64,000 nt of DNA from Haliotis rubra (taxonomy: Eukaryota). A program made the position numbers and the translations under genes. The stretch is taken from the NCBI RefSeq assembly GCF_003918875.1, contig NW_025766002.1:7006001-7070000 (forward strand), read 5' to 3'. This document shows, in pieces, positions 1 to 12,549 of this stretch. Under the pieces are notes generated by a model that was given only the letters and a program-made list of their open reading frames with translations, did no database searches and had not been told where the DNA came from. Each line of letters opens with the position of its first letter. Within the stretch, counting starts at the first letter, position 1.

Positions 1-236
1 CCCAGACTTTAATCTGGTTTTATAGTGCTAGCCCACCGAGATACCATGCTGCAGTCAAGCATGAATACCCCACTCAGACGCTTTATACTGAGCCGACCAG
101 TCCTTGTACCCATTAATGCCGAGCACCATGCAGGGAGGGACGAACAAGTACCATATTTCAATGTCTTTTGAGATCGAACCAGCGACCTTCCGCTCTCTGG
201 GCAGACGCTCTAACCACTACAACACGCAGGCGGTCA
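1..236 (-). mobile_element. tRNA-derived SINE with Meta/MESC-like central domain (family C), 3' end cut by window edge
   Basis: The reverse complement begins with a tRNA-like head (gtagtggttagagcgtctgcc...ggttcgatc, A/B boxes), followed by ...ggactggtcggctcag...ggtatctcggtgggctagcactataaaa. It aligns by eye with 29100-29312. The domain name is from recalled SINE consensus, not a search. Confidence 0.7.
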
Positions 237-765
237 CCAGACAAACTGGTGGTCGAGAGAGTGAGCATCAGCCTACTCCATCAGGGTATGATATTCTTCT
301 CAAAATTAGTATAAAATATATAAAAAAACATTCACATAAATAACCTAGTCTGTCAAACAGACCATGAAACAAACATATCCAAGAAAGCTCATGCATGTTT
401 AGATTATGTGGCAAGATTACATTTCTGAAAATGAAGAAAGTCTCAGGACTCCTTTTCATTATATTTTATGTTTTTTATTAAAATTACAGTTTTTTTCTGT
501 AAAATATGTTCATTTCAGAGACTAGTTGTTAGTCTATAAACAACCCAGTCCATACAGTTGCTATGTGCAACAAACATTGGTTACTTGAAACCTGTGCAAA
601 TACAGACTCCCTCAAAATGGCAAAATGAATAATTCTCTCATACACATGTATATGTACTACCTTCGCATGTTTCTCTGATTTTGGGTCACTATCTTTATTT
701 TCATAAATCAAGGTTCTTCTTACAATTCTGACTTAATAAGGAGCATGACTTTAAGAATCAGTTTG

Positions 766-1246
766 GGTACAGTTACAGAATACCGGATACCTACCAGACA
801 TATTCTTTAGTGTCACATGCTCTTCTATTATAGGAAAGCACGAGCTATAAAATTAGGAAAAATAAGGCAGCATCAAAATAAAAAATACCCATAAAAATCA
901 GATTATTTGGGATGACTTCCGGTTAGTAAAACTAACCAACGATTTTGAAAATGAAAGTTAAATTATCACAAAATAAAAAATAAATCTTTGAAAAAACGGA
1001 GCTACGGAATTATGGGAGTTTGAGTGAATGAGGATGGGAAAGTTGCCTAATTCTAACCTAACCCTAGCCCTAACCCTAACGGTATTCATTAAACTAACCC
1101 TAAAGAAGATAGTAACAGATATCCAAGGGCTAAAAAAGTAAGTACACTAAGATAGCGAAGTACTAAGAACTCGAGTCGAGTTGCTCACATTTTTTGCGCA
1201 GTTCTAAACTTTTCAAAGATGGTATTCGGTATTCTGTAACCTTTCC
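766..1246. mobile_element. MITE with ~26-bp imperfect TIRs and internal telomere-like (CCCTAA) tract
   Basis: Left end ggtacagttacagaataccggatacc; reverse complement of right end ggaaaggttacagaataccgaatacc. Possible 8-bp TSD tcagtttg/tcaatttc. ctaaccctagccctaaccctaac at ~1058-1080. Confidence 0.7.
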
Positions 1247-1350
1247 TCAATTTCAAATATTGATCATACCAGGTGTTTGTGAAAAGATGAGTAGTGGCAC
1301 TTGTTTTCAAATTTACTAATTTTATTTACTATCTAAGGAGCACCGAGGGT

Positions 1351-3518
1351 TAAGCTGGTTCCCGGCTCCCTTTGCGCGCGCTAACGTTCGACAAAGCTAG
1401 GAGCCGGTAAAGGCTGCCATTTAAAACGCTCTGCTCGTTTATTTGACGTCACATCCGGATTGAATTCAAACTGGATTCCGTCACAAAGAAAGATCTGGGA
1501 ATCATAACACTTGAAAAATGAACGTAGTGCGAGAATTGCGCTTATGTGGTCCAGGATCTGCGTATGGCTATAAAATTACATAGAAATGTAAAATATTAAA
1601 TTTCCTATCCGTTGGTATTAAATATAAGTGCACCTACCTCGGCGGTAGAAAATAGACACTGTTATATGTTGTCCAAATCTTTGTTATGCGTTAAAAAGCA
1701 GTAAATATCTCCGCTTTTGATTGTGTATTGATGAAAGCACTGTGCTACGATTTTTTTAATTTGGCATCGTTACGGAAAGTGTGAGCGAAGAAAATACAGC
1801 CTGATATCTGAACGACATAAGTATATATGAAATGTGTGTGTGTGCTTATGCATAACGGTATACGCTCAATCTTAAAAATGACTCGCAATAAATGTCGAAA
1901 AAGGATTTTGTTCTATGACGTCAAACGACGACAGAGAAGCCATACACGTATAATGATAAGGGGTCATAACTCCCACATGCTTAACGCTAGGTCAATGTAA
2001 CTCTGAATACTTGGAGAGAATTCTTTGTGGATATGGACGCTATATTTTCGTTATGGTTTGTTCACCATGAACCAAACTATACTAATACAAAGTTCCACAA
2101 TGTGAGCTGATATGTTTTGATAGTTGCACAATTCATAAGAAAAGATGACAAAGTACTACATGAGAAAGCACGTATATAGCGATTTGGATGGCCCTATCTG
2201 ATACATAATTTAGTTCTTAGATTCCCATATTCTCCTGTTATTGTAGATGTATTTTGACTAATTTTGCATCATTATTAATGGAGTACTAGCCATATCTTCA
2301 AATGTAATGAAATTACTGAAAATAGTACCTCTGGATGCGGAAGTATTTTGTGACGCAGTTTCATAGGATCTGAAATGTGAACGTTGCATTGGATCTACGG
2401 TGCTCCGACTATAACATTATGTTCAGATGTAGAATACATTTAGATCTCCTGACACTTGTCTAAAGGTACGAGGTTTTGTATACAACACCAACATTGTCAA
2501 TTTCCTATCAAAAGCATGTTCAAACCAACTAATTATCAAACGTTCATAAATCTATAAAGTACACAGTATAAGATCTGAATTGTGATGATTTGTTTACATT
2601 ATAAAATAAGTAGAGTTTGCTATGCCTTCGTTTTCACACCTTATCTATATTGCTCAATTTCATATAACCACTTTGTATTGATGACAAGACCATATTGGCT
2701 TAAAAAGCCTACCCATGTTGATATAATATTTGGTGAAAATTGATGAACAATGAGTTTGCCGCGGTGTTGATGCATCGCCTCAAAAGTTTTCTTGTTGCTG
2801 TATTAAAGTGTCTTCAGGACACATTCAGCATTTTCTAAGTGAATAATTCAATACTTATATATCGCCACAAAATATTATAAATTCATTTTCCGTCTTACTA
2901 CTGATTTTGTGCCAGTGTTGGCACACCTACCCACTCTAAGACACACATACCTTTCTAACGTCATCCGCGAGGAAAGTTTAGAATATTTGCAATACGAGAT
3001 TTAATTTGTATGCGTGCCTCGACCGATGTCCACATGTATAAATTACCTGCATATTTGTGTCGTTCATACATCAGAGATGATTTTATTAAGCTCACAGTTT
3101 TCTGACAAGCTTATAATAAAAATCTTTGTCGCATAGGGAAATGTGGGTGTGCATTTAAAAGCGACTGTCCTTTCACATAAATAAAACGAATATTTACGTT
3201 TACTATTATTTTCGTGAATATTAATATCAAATATGTACAATAACAGAAAGTAAGATTTTGAAAAAGAAGTTTCCAGAAAATATGAACAATTTAGATTTTC
3301 AAAGGTCTTTCAAGCGCCTGCATGACCGATTTTTGAAAACGATACAAAATGTGTTTTGGACGTCTTCCGATGAAGGACAGCGCGGTCGTCTAAAAATAGC
3401 AACCAATGGAAAATGACATAACATTGTCAATGTTGGCTTTTCGTAGGCCTTCTCAGCCATCGTCTCTTTGGCCTGTACCGGCTCGTATATTGCGATATGC
3501 GAGACGGGGCCCAGCTTA
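1351..3518. mobile_element. ~2.2-kb non-autonomous DNA transposon, Mutator-like by TSD length
   Basis: Ends taagctggttcccggctc / reverse complement taagctgggccccgtctc, with an inner matching block gagccggtaaaggc / gagccggtacaggc. Flanked by a 10-bp direct repeat caccgagggt (1341-1350) / caccggtggt (3519-3528). No ORF >=60 aa lies wholly inside. Confidence 0.7.
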
Positions 3519-3730
3519 CACCGGTGGTGTACTGGTTGAAGGTTCTTCAGGTGTCTGTGTAGAGTTACATCCCTCAGATGCTAGTATCCTCTCAACATGG
3601 GTTTGAATCCAGGATTCACCCTGTCCATTGTGTCTATGTACCTGATTATGTATTTCCTCCAGTTTCTGAGGTTTTCATCAACATAAAAATGCATTGGTAA
3701 ATTTGGACTTAAATCCCAAACACAAATTCA
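3519..3730 (+). mobile_element. Degenerate tRNA-headed SINE, possibly V-domain, whose 5' end was hit by the 1351-3518 element
   Basis: ggtggtgtactggtt (A-box-like), gggtttgaatcc (B-box-like) and tttcctccagtttctgaggttttc (V-domain-like). Confidence 0.35.
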
Positions 3731-3769
3731 CTGAATAACTTCTATGAATCATTAGTCTACGCTGTTATG

Positions 3770-3920
3770 GTCACCAGTAGTCAGTGATAGTCAAACAGTT
3801 GACCCAATGAATTGGTTGTTGGGTTCATTGACTCAGATAATTGCTGGTTTTCCCCTATGACATGGGTTGTTCTACTCAATATTAATCACTGGATTGTCTG
3901 ACCAAGGATGCCACCATGTC
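3770..3920 (+). mobile_element. SINE family B, degenerate internal fragment
   Basis: atcactggattgtctgacca and upstream blocks resemble the body of 29624-29886. Confidence 0.45.
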
Positions 3921-4069
3921 TCTGTGCTGTGGCCCGCTGTGACATTGTGACCAACTGATACACAGTTTAGTTTATCTTAAGATGGAGTTCTCAAATTCAT
4001 CCCCAAAGCTGCCATAAGCTTAGATATGCACACCTTCTGTAAAATATACCTAAATGTCAGCTGGACCAA

Positions 4070-4294
4070 ATGGTTTTGTGTGTGCTGTTCAACAGCAAAT
4101 TCCATCTATATGACAGCAGTCTGTCATTATCTCTCTAGATCAGACAATCCAGTGATTGACATCATGAGCATCGGTCTTGGGATATGATGACATGTGTCAA
4201 CCAAGTCAGCCAGCCAGTCCCCCAGATCCTGATAGTTGTCTCTTAAGACGAGCATGGTTGTTGAAGATCAATTCCTGCCCATACTGTCACGAGT
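4070..4294 (-). mobile_element. SINE family B copy
   Basis: cagacaatccagtgattgacatcatgagcatc...gacatgtgtcaaccaagtcagc matches the reverse complement of 29624-29886. Confidence 0.8.
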
Positions 4295-4706
4295 AAATAG
4301 CTTGTTAGAGTTGTCATTAACCACCCAGTCAACCAACAAACCATCTGGTAATGCAACCCATACCGATTCAATCAGTCATATACAATTCCACACATCTGCA
4401 TACATAATTGGTCACTCTATCACCATGAAGCCAGCCAGCCAACAATACACCTACTCCAATATCTAGCAGTTGATGGGAGGAACCTTTACTGTCCCGGCTT
4501 TGACTCTGAAGTTTAGTTGTATCTCTATCAGAGTCATGATTACCATTCAATGAGCAAATATGTTGCACTAATTTGTTAAATTATCCCCTGGAGCAATGTC
4601 CTATAACCCAAGTTAGTACAAGGGAATGAATGGATTCTGTCTTTTGCTGTTGACAGCAATAAATAGCTTGAATTGTCAGGCAGCAGATAGCCCAGTGGAT
4701 AAAGCA

Positions 4707-5095
4707 ATTTATCATCCAAAACTGTGTTCCACAGGAGATATTGCTTGTGTGAGATCATACGATATCTCCTAGGAGATATCATTTTGATAGTAGATTTTGT
4801 ACAATGCCCTGACAATGCTATGACGTCATGACCTGGATGACGTCACAATGCTATGACATCGCTACACTGCAAGTCTAATGGCAGAACCGTGTGCAGAGAT
4901 GTACATTTTTCATTGAAAACTAATGAAGGATTTTTTATGATAAATAGAATCTCACCCTCGTGTCTTCTGATATCAATTATATCAACACTCGTTGATAAAA
5001 GTAAAATTATCCTCGGCAAGCCTCGGATATTTGTAACTTTATCAACTCGTTAAGATATATTTGATATCAGAAGACACTAGGGTGAGATTCTCTAT
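4707..5095 (-). mobile_element. Non-autonomous element with asymmetric inverted repeats (type X copy 1)
   Basis: Long hairpin 4946-5091 (agaatctcaccctcgtgtcttctgatatcaa...ttgatatcagaagacactagggtgagattct). It abuts atgataaat (4937-4945), whose partner atttatcat lies at 4707-4715. TGACGTCA pair at ~4821-4845. Confidence 0.75.
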
Positions 5096-5099
5096 CACT

Positions 5100-5178
5100 T
5101 CCCCAACTGGGTACAATTTGTGAAATCATTCTTTTGGGTCTCCCCCATCATTATGTGGCTGGGTTACTGTTGGAAGTG
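5100..5178 (+). mobile_element. SINE family A, 3' fragment
   Basis: tgggtacaatttgtgaaatcattcttttgggtctcccc...gctggg resembles the family A body. Confidence 0.5.
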
Positions 5179-5425
5179 GTTTGGTTTGGTTGTTGTTTGA
5201 CGCTGCACTAGGCAATATTCCAGCTATATGGCGGCAGTCTCAATATAAACACCAATAAGCCAGTCTGGACCAGACAATCTATTGATCAACAGCATGATCT
5301 TTGCAATTGGGATGCAATGACATGTTCCGACCAAGTGAATGAGCCTGACCCTCTGATCCGTTAGTCGCCTCTTATGACAAGCATGGGTTACTGAAGACCA
5401 ATTCTATCCTGGATCTTTACGAGTC
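5178..5425 (-). mobile_element. SINE family B, near full length
   Basis: gcaatattccagctatatggcggcagtc...gttagtcgcctcttatgacaagcatgggttactgaagaccaattctatcctggatctttacgagtc. Confidence 0.9.
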
Positions 5426-5761
5426 TTGAGTTATTAAGCCTGGACTAGTGAAACCAGGGGTTGATAGTGTCGGCACATATTTATCATCATGTCTGTGGGC
5501 AGGTTTGCCTACTGATCGCTCATTAGAACAGTACATTATGCCACTCAATCCCCATCGTGGATAGTCCTCACGAAATACATCAGGCACTATTTGCCTGTCC
5601 TGTAAGTCTAGAAGTAGGAATGACCCTATTTGGTCATTCATCGCATTTTGTAAAAAAGAATAAGTAAAATTAATCAGAATCATATTTACATGATCAAGAT
5701 TATATGCAGTCTTATTATTTTACTCATAAAGTATCTTCGTCACCATCAACAACTCCTAAAA

Positions 5762-5828
5762 ACCAAATCAATCAGTCAATCAACCAGTCAACCCATCAAT
5801 CAATCAGTCAGTCAATCAATCAGTCAAA
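5762..5828. repeat. (TCAA/TCAG)n microsatellite
   Basis: Direct reading of the sequence. Confidence 0.85.
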
Positions 5829-7064
5829 TGACTACTCAATTAGTATCCAAAAATGTCATTTCTTAGAAATCTTCGATCCGATTTGTCAAAATAAACAAAA
5901 CATCATCATTTCTATTCCTCCTAAGAAACATTTGAAAATCTTATCTTTGACGACCAAAACTAAACTTATAAGTATGTTTGTTTTGTTTTTGTCTCATTGC
6001 TTCAATTAAAGTTCTTTTTCGCTAGACCAATTTTATTTTGTGTTTTATGAAGGACACACATAAGTATGAACCTGTAAACAAATATGCTGAGTTTGAAAAT
6101 AAAAATACATTGAATAATGTGCATTTATGACACATTGTGGTTTTCATATTTGTTGTGTGCTTCCATTTTGATTAATCATTTTTATGGAATTCACAACAAA
6201 TCAACCATGACAATATGGTGTTGTCAACTCCAATTCAGCTCCCTTCCAAAGCAAGAGCATCTGTAAAACTACAAAATCTTTACAGCCTTAATACAATAAT
6301 TCCCTATTTCAAAGAAATTCAATTTAATCACAGAATCTTGTTAAAGTTTGTCAAACTTATACCAGTAGTTGAGTCATGTTTGAATCTTGTTATCTGCATG
6401 AAATCAAACACTGTTCATTGCATTTGAAATACATGCTTAACATGTGACAGATGGACTGAAATCAATAACCTTTGTAATACATAATTCTTTTCATGTAATG
6501 CTATTACACCCAGCCAACCAAGAAATACCAAATTTTATTAATATAGTATCACAAAAGCAGTAAAATGATCAAAATAGTAAATTAATGCAAAGAAAATATT
6601 GAAATGCATACCTATATTGCTATATTCATTGTAGAAAGTCATTGATTGAAAAGGTTTACTTTTTGAAAATACAACATGTGGCAATGATGGTTTCTATTGA
6701 TCCTGCCACAATAAACCTACTCTAGTGTTCACAGATATTCTTAAATAACACATAAACATCCATGTGACCAGATGCTGCCATCTATTGTTGACACAATTGT
6801 AAGACATTCCTGCAGGTATTGTCTGTATGATGTTATCACATAGATTGAATGTAACAAAGAACCGGTACTGTTGGTTATGATGACATACACTGAACAGGTT
6901 CTACCTGCAAATATACAGAACTCAGAATGTGATGCAGAATTAGGAGATAAACAATATGTGACGCTGTCGGTTCCAAATGAATTCCCCGTGCTTCAAATAC
7001 TCAATAACACCCGGAAATTGGCCAACACATGATGTTTATCGACATTGTAATTATAAACACAAAA

Positions 7065-7374
7065 GTAAACCAAAAGGTCCACACACGTTTTTGTGTCTGC
7101 ACTCATTGACATCGAGTACGGGTACAGCAGTGAAATGTCATCAGCCGGCCGTTTCGGCTGTCTCCTATGGTACCATCTGGAACTGTTCATTTGTGACGTC
7201 ATTCCGACTTTACGTCACAATATGATTTGAATGACGTCATCACAGCTGACGACGTAACAATACAATGAGCGATGTTTGAATGTATTAATACGCAGCGAAA
7301 TTCCGGGAATCGAATACCATTTGATCACATTTTTCAACCAATCAGATTAAAGAACACAGTGACTTTTGGTTTAC
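7065..7374. mobile_element. Inverted-repeat-bounded element with TGACGTCA cluster and CCAAT motif
   Basis: gtaaaccaaaaggtc (7065-7079) versus gacttttggtttac (7361-7374). CpG-rich interior, tgacgtca at ~7194 and ~7232, ccaatcag at ~7338. True left boundary may lie further left. Confidence 0.5.
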
Positions 7375-7422
7375 AATGGATGTTAATGAACACCAAGTGA
7401 ACAGATTGAACACTGGTGAAGA

Positions 7423-7578
7423 TGAGTGAGTTTAGTTTTACGCCACTTTTATCAATGTTCCAGGAATATCACAGGGAGGGACATCAGAAATGGGCTTCAA
7501 ACAAGGTACCTATATGGGGAATCGAACCCGGGGTCCTCGGCCTTTCAAGAGAACGCTTTAACCACTAGGCTCACCCAA
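7423..7578 (-). mobile_element. SINE family A (tRNA-Asp-like head, (ACTC)n tail)
   Basis: Reverse complement of the 36742-36906 consensus. TSD-like ggtgaagatga/ggtgaacatga. Confidence 0.9.
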
Positions 7579-7899
7579 GGTGAACATGAAAACCATTACG
7601 GTTAGCTTGCACATAGTACATTAATTGTCACAAATTATGAACAAACAAATTGATTGAAATGAACAGACACTATGGTCATAGAGAAAACAACGATGTACAG
7701 ACAAATGATGGATGAACATGGTAGCGAGGATTGATAGAAAGGATTTATGTACAGTGAACAAGAATTAATAACCTGTGACAAGAATACACCTGCACACTGA
7801 CTAAGACGGAACAAGAAAGTGTTTTAGTGAGAAAATATAGATACATTAAACAGAAGTCATGTTTGTTAAATAAGACTATGCTCTCAAAAAGTGAAGGAG

Positions 7900-8200
7900 A
7901 AGTGATAAACAGTAAATAATTTACAGTGGAAAAGAAGGAATATTCAGTGAACTAAAAATAATAAACAGTAAAGAAGGATTTACTATGAACAACAATGAAT
8001 ATTCAGCGAGCAAGAAAAAATAATTATTAAGAAGAATTTACAGGGAACAATTATTTACAGAGAACCAGAATGAATAAACAGTGAAGAAATAAAAAGTAAG
8101 CAAGAAGAACGGACAGTACAGAAGAATTTACCGTAAGAATGAATATTCAGCGAGCAAGAAAAATAAACAGTAAAGTAGAATAAAAAGTGAACAATAATGA
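7900..8200. repeat. Degenerate A-rich tandem repeat
   Basis: Recurring gaatattcag(c/t)ga, ataaacagt and gaagaatttac blocks. Confidence 0.55.
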
Positions 8201-9331
8201 ACAGACAGGGAGGAAAGTGTGTGTGTGCGGAAAGATTGGTAAGCAACTGGCTCCAAGTTTAATGCAATTATCATGAAAATTACATGACCACGGATACTGA
8301 CACAACGTCAGGGCATGCAATGAGCTGTTTCTCTATGTCACAGTGACACTTGTTTGGATGCAGGCTCCGTGAAGGTACTTGTCAGAGGAGTAACAACAGA
8401 ACAATTTGATCAGATGCAAGGAAAGAAAATACAAACAGATGTGACATGATCTTTCATTGCTTTTCAGCCATTGGTGTCACTGAAAGTTGATACAGTTCGA
8501 TACAACTCTACTATGTGATGTAAAGTATTAACATCAAAGCGGAAACCTTAAACTCAATATTTTAATGTCATTTCATTAACTATGAAAAGAATATAATTTA
8601 CATCATTTTTTGTATATGAATTATGACAAAGTGTAAACTTTTGAAAAGTTTAAATATTATGTCAAAAGCTCTCATGGCAAAATTTGATTTTCTTTTTGAA
8701 TGGTTCTGTTTTAAAGCATGAAGAGCGATAATGTAAGTTTAATTACTGTGAGATAAAATAAATAGTTGTCTTGTTTTCCTTCTTACAGAGAAGGAAGGCA
8801 ATTAGAAATTGTAAATTAACTTGATGAATAACGCATCATTGAAAAACACACCACTATTTACATATCTCATCTCGTCTCACTATAAGGGAGACTCTGTTTA
8901 TCTGGAACAATACTGTCCCGATTGGGAAATCACAAACATAATTGATTTTACGTTAATGCCAATGTCAAGGTCGTGTTAAAGCAACGTCTGGCCACGCACC
9001 GACACGGTACCTCCTCAGAAATGCATTTAGACGAATTAATGGCCTTATTGATTCCCTTATATCTGACATTGGAAAAATTTTATACATCTTGTTTGCAGTG
9101 TACCATTGACATCAGGCCGGGCTGGTGTGACATGATCAAACACTGGAACATTGTCTTGTGACATGTTTGTTGCAAATATCAACATTGACATTAAGGCTTG
9201 TACATTTCAACATTGATCTGGCTGCAAAAGTGCATACAGTGTCGTATTAGACTGGTAGCAACAGAAATATATGTTACTGTGTAAGAAGCTGTGGTTTAAG
9301 GATTTGAATTATTCAGTTCCATCCATATTCA

Positions 9332-9405
9332 GAGTGAGTGAGTGAGTTGAGTTTTATGCTGCACTCATCAATATTCCAGCTATATGGCGGCGGTCTGTAA
9401 ATAAT
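9332..9405 (-). mobile_element. SINE family B, 5'-truncated 3' end
   Basis: (gagt)n...caatattccagctatatggcggcggtctgtaaataat, flanked by tattcaga direct repeats. Confidence 0.85.
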
Positions 9406-11557
9406 TCCTTATTCAGAAGTGGAGGATATCTGAAATTTATCACATTTAGTTATTAAGCCTGTTAAGGATTATCATTTTGAGTAGAATTGTCCCAGTTTTC
9501 AAATTTTTAAATGGTTATTTAAGTGATAAATTTAACATTAAATTAATATTTAGATATTATCAGGGTCAGTAAGCTTGAAGGGGTCTGTTTTTTCCTGTGT
9601 ACTAAATGTGATACACTGGACTCTCCACAGAGTCAAAAACTACACAACACAAATGAAATAAGGACAATTACACTAGCAACCACTATCAACTCAGCAATGG
9701 TGTTGTTTGAACATGGAGATTAATTCCTGAGGCCAGTTCTACTAACTGGTCTTTGCACTGTAACTATATCTAAATGCTTATATTCTAAGACATATTCATG
9801 ATAGTTGAAGCACTAAGATCATTTTATGGAGCAAGGCCTTGGTAGGTGAAAAATGTGTGCATTGATATGCAGTTCTCAGCTTCCGGGGAGTATGAAACCC
9901 AAGGTGATGTTGTTGTTTTTTTGTTTTGTTTTTTTTGGTTTTTCCCATTTTTATGTTACAATTTCCATTACAGCAGCTTTATGTTAGGTACTAGAAGGTT
10001 TTGCGTTGACATCACCAACACAAATGGGTGAACAGAGGCCATTATTTAACAAATACAAAGGGAACATTCATCATGTCTTTTACCTACTGTTTCAGTGTTT
10101 CTAGGTGAAAGTTTGGGATGGTTTCAGAAGTCAGTCCAAATTTTTATCAAAAACTCAAATTTAATAAATTGATCCATAATTATAATATCCTTCCTGGCAT
10201 TAATTCAATTTATTATTGTAACAATTTTTCAGTGTTCATAAAAATTAAAAGATAACTTCAGTTCAAATGATTGATCTTGTAATTTCAAAACTGACTTAGT
10301 TTGAAGTTCATTTTGGTCAATAATAATACTTGCTCCAACAATAAGAATCAATATCTAGTATCATCATGTTTAGTCAAGAACAACTGGAACATCAGGAACA
10401 ACTCAGTGATGTGAAAAAATCAAGGAGCTTATGTTATGATCCAGGGATTGTTTACAGTAATATTTTTTGGCACTTCTAATTGTCTTGTTCTTACCTGATA
10501 TCTATTTGTACATGTATCCCAGCTGGCAATCATAGTCATAGTTAATTATCTTTTTTGTTAACAATAAATATAAATTTATATAATAAAATCATTAAAAACT
10601 ATTTGTTGGAGAGGTACGTACCATGGTTACATTAGTAATACTGTACTCTCATGCATTCAAATTTCTGTGAATAACTGTGAAATAAATGCCATTAATGATA
10701 TTAATACACAAGCATTAAATTTATGTTTTTGTTGGTTTTCTTTCTTTCCCAAACTTTCATGATCATTATCAAATGATATGTACCATGTAAGTGATAGCAT
10801 GAAATGATTTTTCAGAGATTGAGTGTAATGCTTTCATCTCTGGAAGGCCACAAAATTAATCTCATTAAATCTGAATTTTACAGCCAAAGCCCTCAGGGCC
10901 CCCCTCGAAGAAAACACTTGTATGGGGCACACACATTAAAAGCAGTCGAATGCGGACACACTCCGATTAATAAACATCTCCCATCTGCAAGCTTCCTAAT
11001 TGTCCAAGCACTCAAGCTGTGAGGGATGCTAGCTTGATAAGTATCTCAAATTTGGGATGAAATTCATAATTGGTGGCATTCTTCATCTGATTATTCAGTT
11101 GCCATGGTAACCATTGTTATTGTAGTATTTTCAATTTCCTTTCTAAAGACGAGCGCATGATTAAGTTTCCCATCGTTGGGCACCTAGGGATGATCATTAC
11201 TAAGCTAATACAAGTTCAAACAATGAGTCAGTCATTTTCTAATAAAAAAACGCACAACTTGAGAAGTGAAGCCTTATTTGCTAGCCGTGCGTGACAGCAC
11301 ACTTAGTAATTTTGATCAATATTCAGTTGACAGGGTTTTGTATACACAATTATCCAAAGATTGCACTGCCATATCAAAAGTCAGAGTTTGTTGTTGAATG
11401 TTACTTTTCATTTAAAAACGGTCCCCCAGACTCAATAACCTTTCAGTTCAGTGAACATTTATTATAAATGTTGCGGAAAAATATTGAAAGTTTTAAGAAG
11501 TTTTTTCTATAAGTCATTATGGAAATGTGATTTGAATAGGTGTTTATGAACTATGAC

Positions 11558-11610
<53 letters not shown>
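11558..11610. repeat. (ATG)n microsatellite
   Basis: About 17 ATG units. Confidence 0.95.
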
Positions 11611-11611
<1 letters not shown>

Positions 11612-12549
11612 AAATATTTTAGAGAGACAACCTGAATACCACCATGATGAGAATTTTTCTACACTGTCTGTTTTAAGTGGATTAAAGTACATATACCTGC
11701 AAACGTAACATTCATACTATTTCCCAAAATATGTGTGTAGAATAAAAAAAGCTAAATCTGTTTCCCCTTCACTGAATGAGATAATCCAAGTTTTCAGAAA
11801 AGCATTGTAAGTATCATATATATATTCATCAGCTCATAGAATAGTTTTCAGTTAAATCTTACATGATGCTGACTTTTAAACATCAACATTCCTTCCAGAA
11901 TACACATTTTATGTCATTTACAAAAAAATCAATACTTAAGAACCAACACATGTCAGTTTATAATGCAAGGAAATGCAGATGAACAGATGCAGACAACATC
12001 CTTCTATTGACAAATAACACCCATTGAAACAGTCTCAATACATTTTTGCTGTTCATCATTTCAGACATAGACATCACCTGTCAACTTGTCCTAATGATAT
12101 ATGTTTCACTTGTCAGATTTTGAAAGAGGTACATTTCACCTTATCAAGGTTGTCTATTTAATGTTTCCTGTAGCTATGGGAACAGGTTGTTCCTATTATA
12201 CTGTGACTGGTTGTCGTGAATGGTTCATGTGAATAGCTGTATTTCTTGGTCATATATCGTTGCATCACCACCTGGTAAAGATTTCCTGTCGTTATTTGAC
12301 AGAGAGAAATCTGTCAAAGGTAAAACAGCGAAATGTCAGTGAGCTGTAACTGGGTGGGTACAGTCTGAAGCAAACAAAGCTTTCACTGACATCAAGAAGT
12401 GTTGTGGGTGAGAATGGTTTGATGGTGCTTCTAACAGTATTATAGTGTGATAGTATAAAGAAAGGAAGGAAGAAAGTGATGCAGGTTTGTAGACAATTTG
12501 GTGAAACTCAACTATCATTTTGGTACTGACAGAGAAGGTTGTTATGGTA

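Noticed and set aside
1058-1082. True telomere or chromosome fusion scar
   Set aside because: Only about four degenerate units, located inside a TIR-bounded MITE.
11507-11692. Poly-His ORF
   Set aside because: An (ATG)n microsatellite read on the minus strand.
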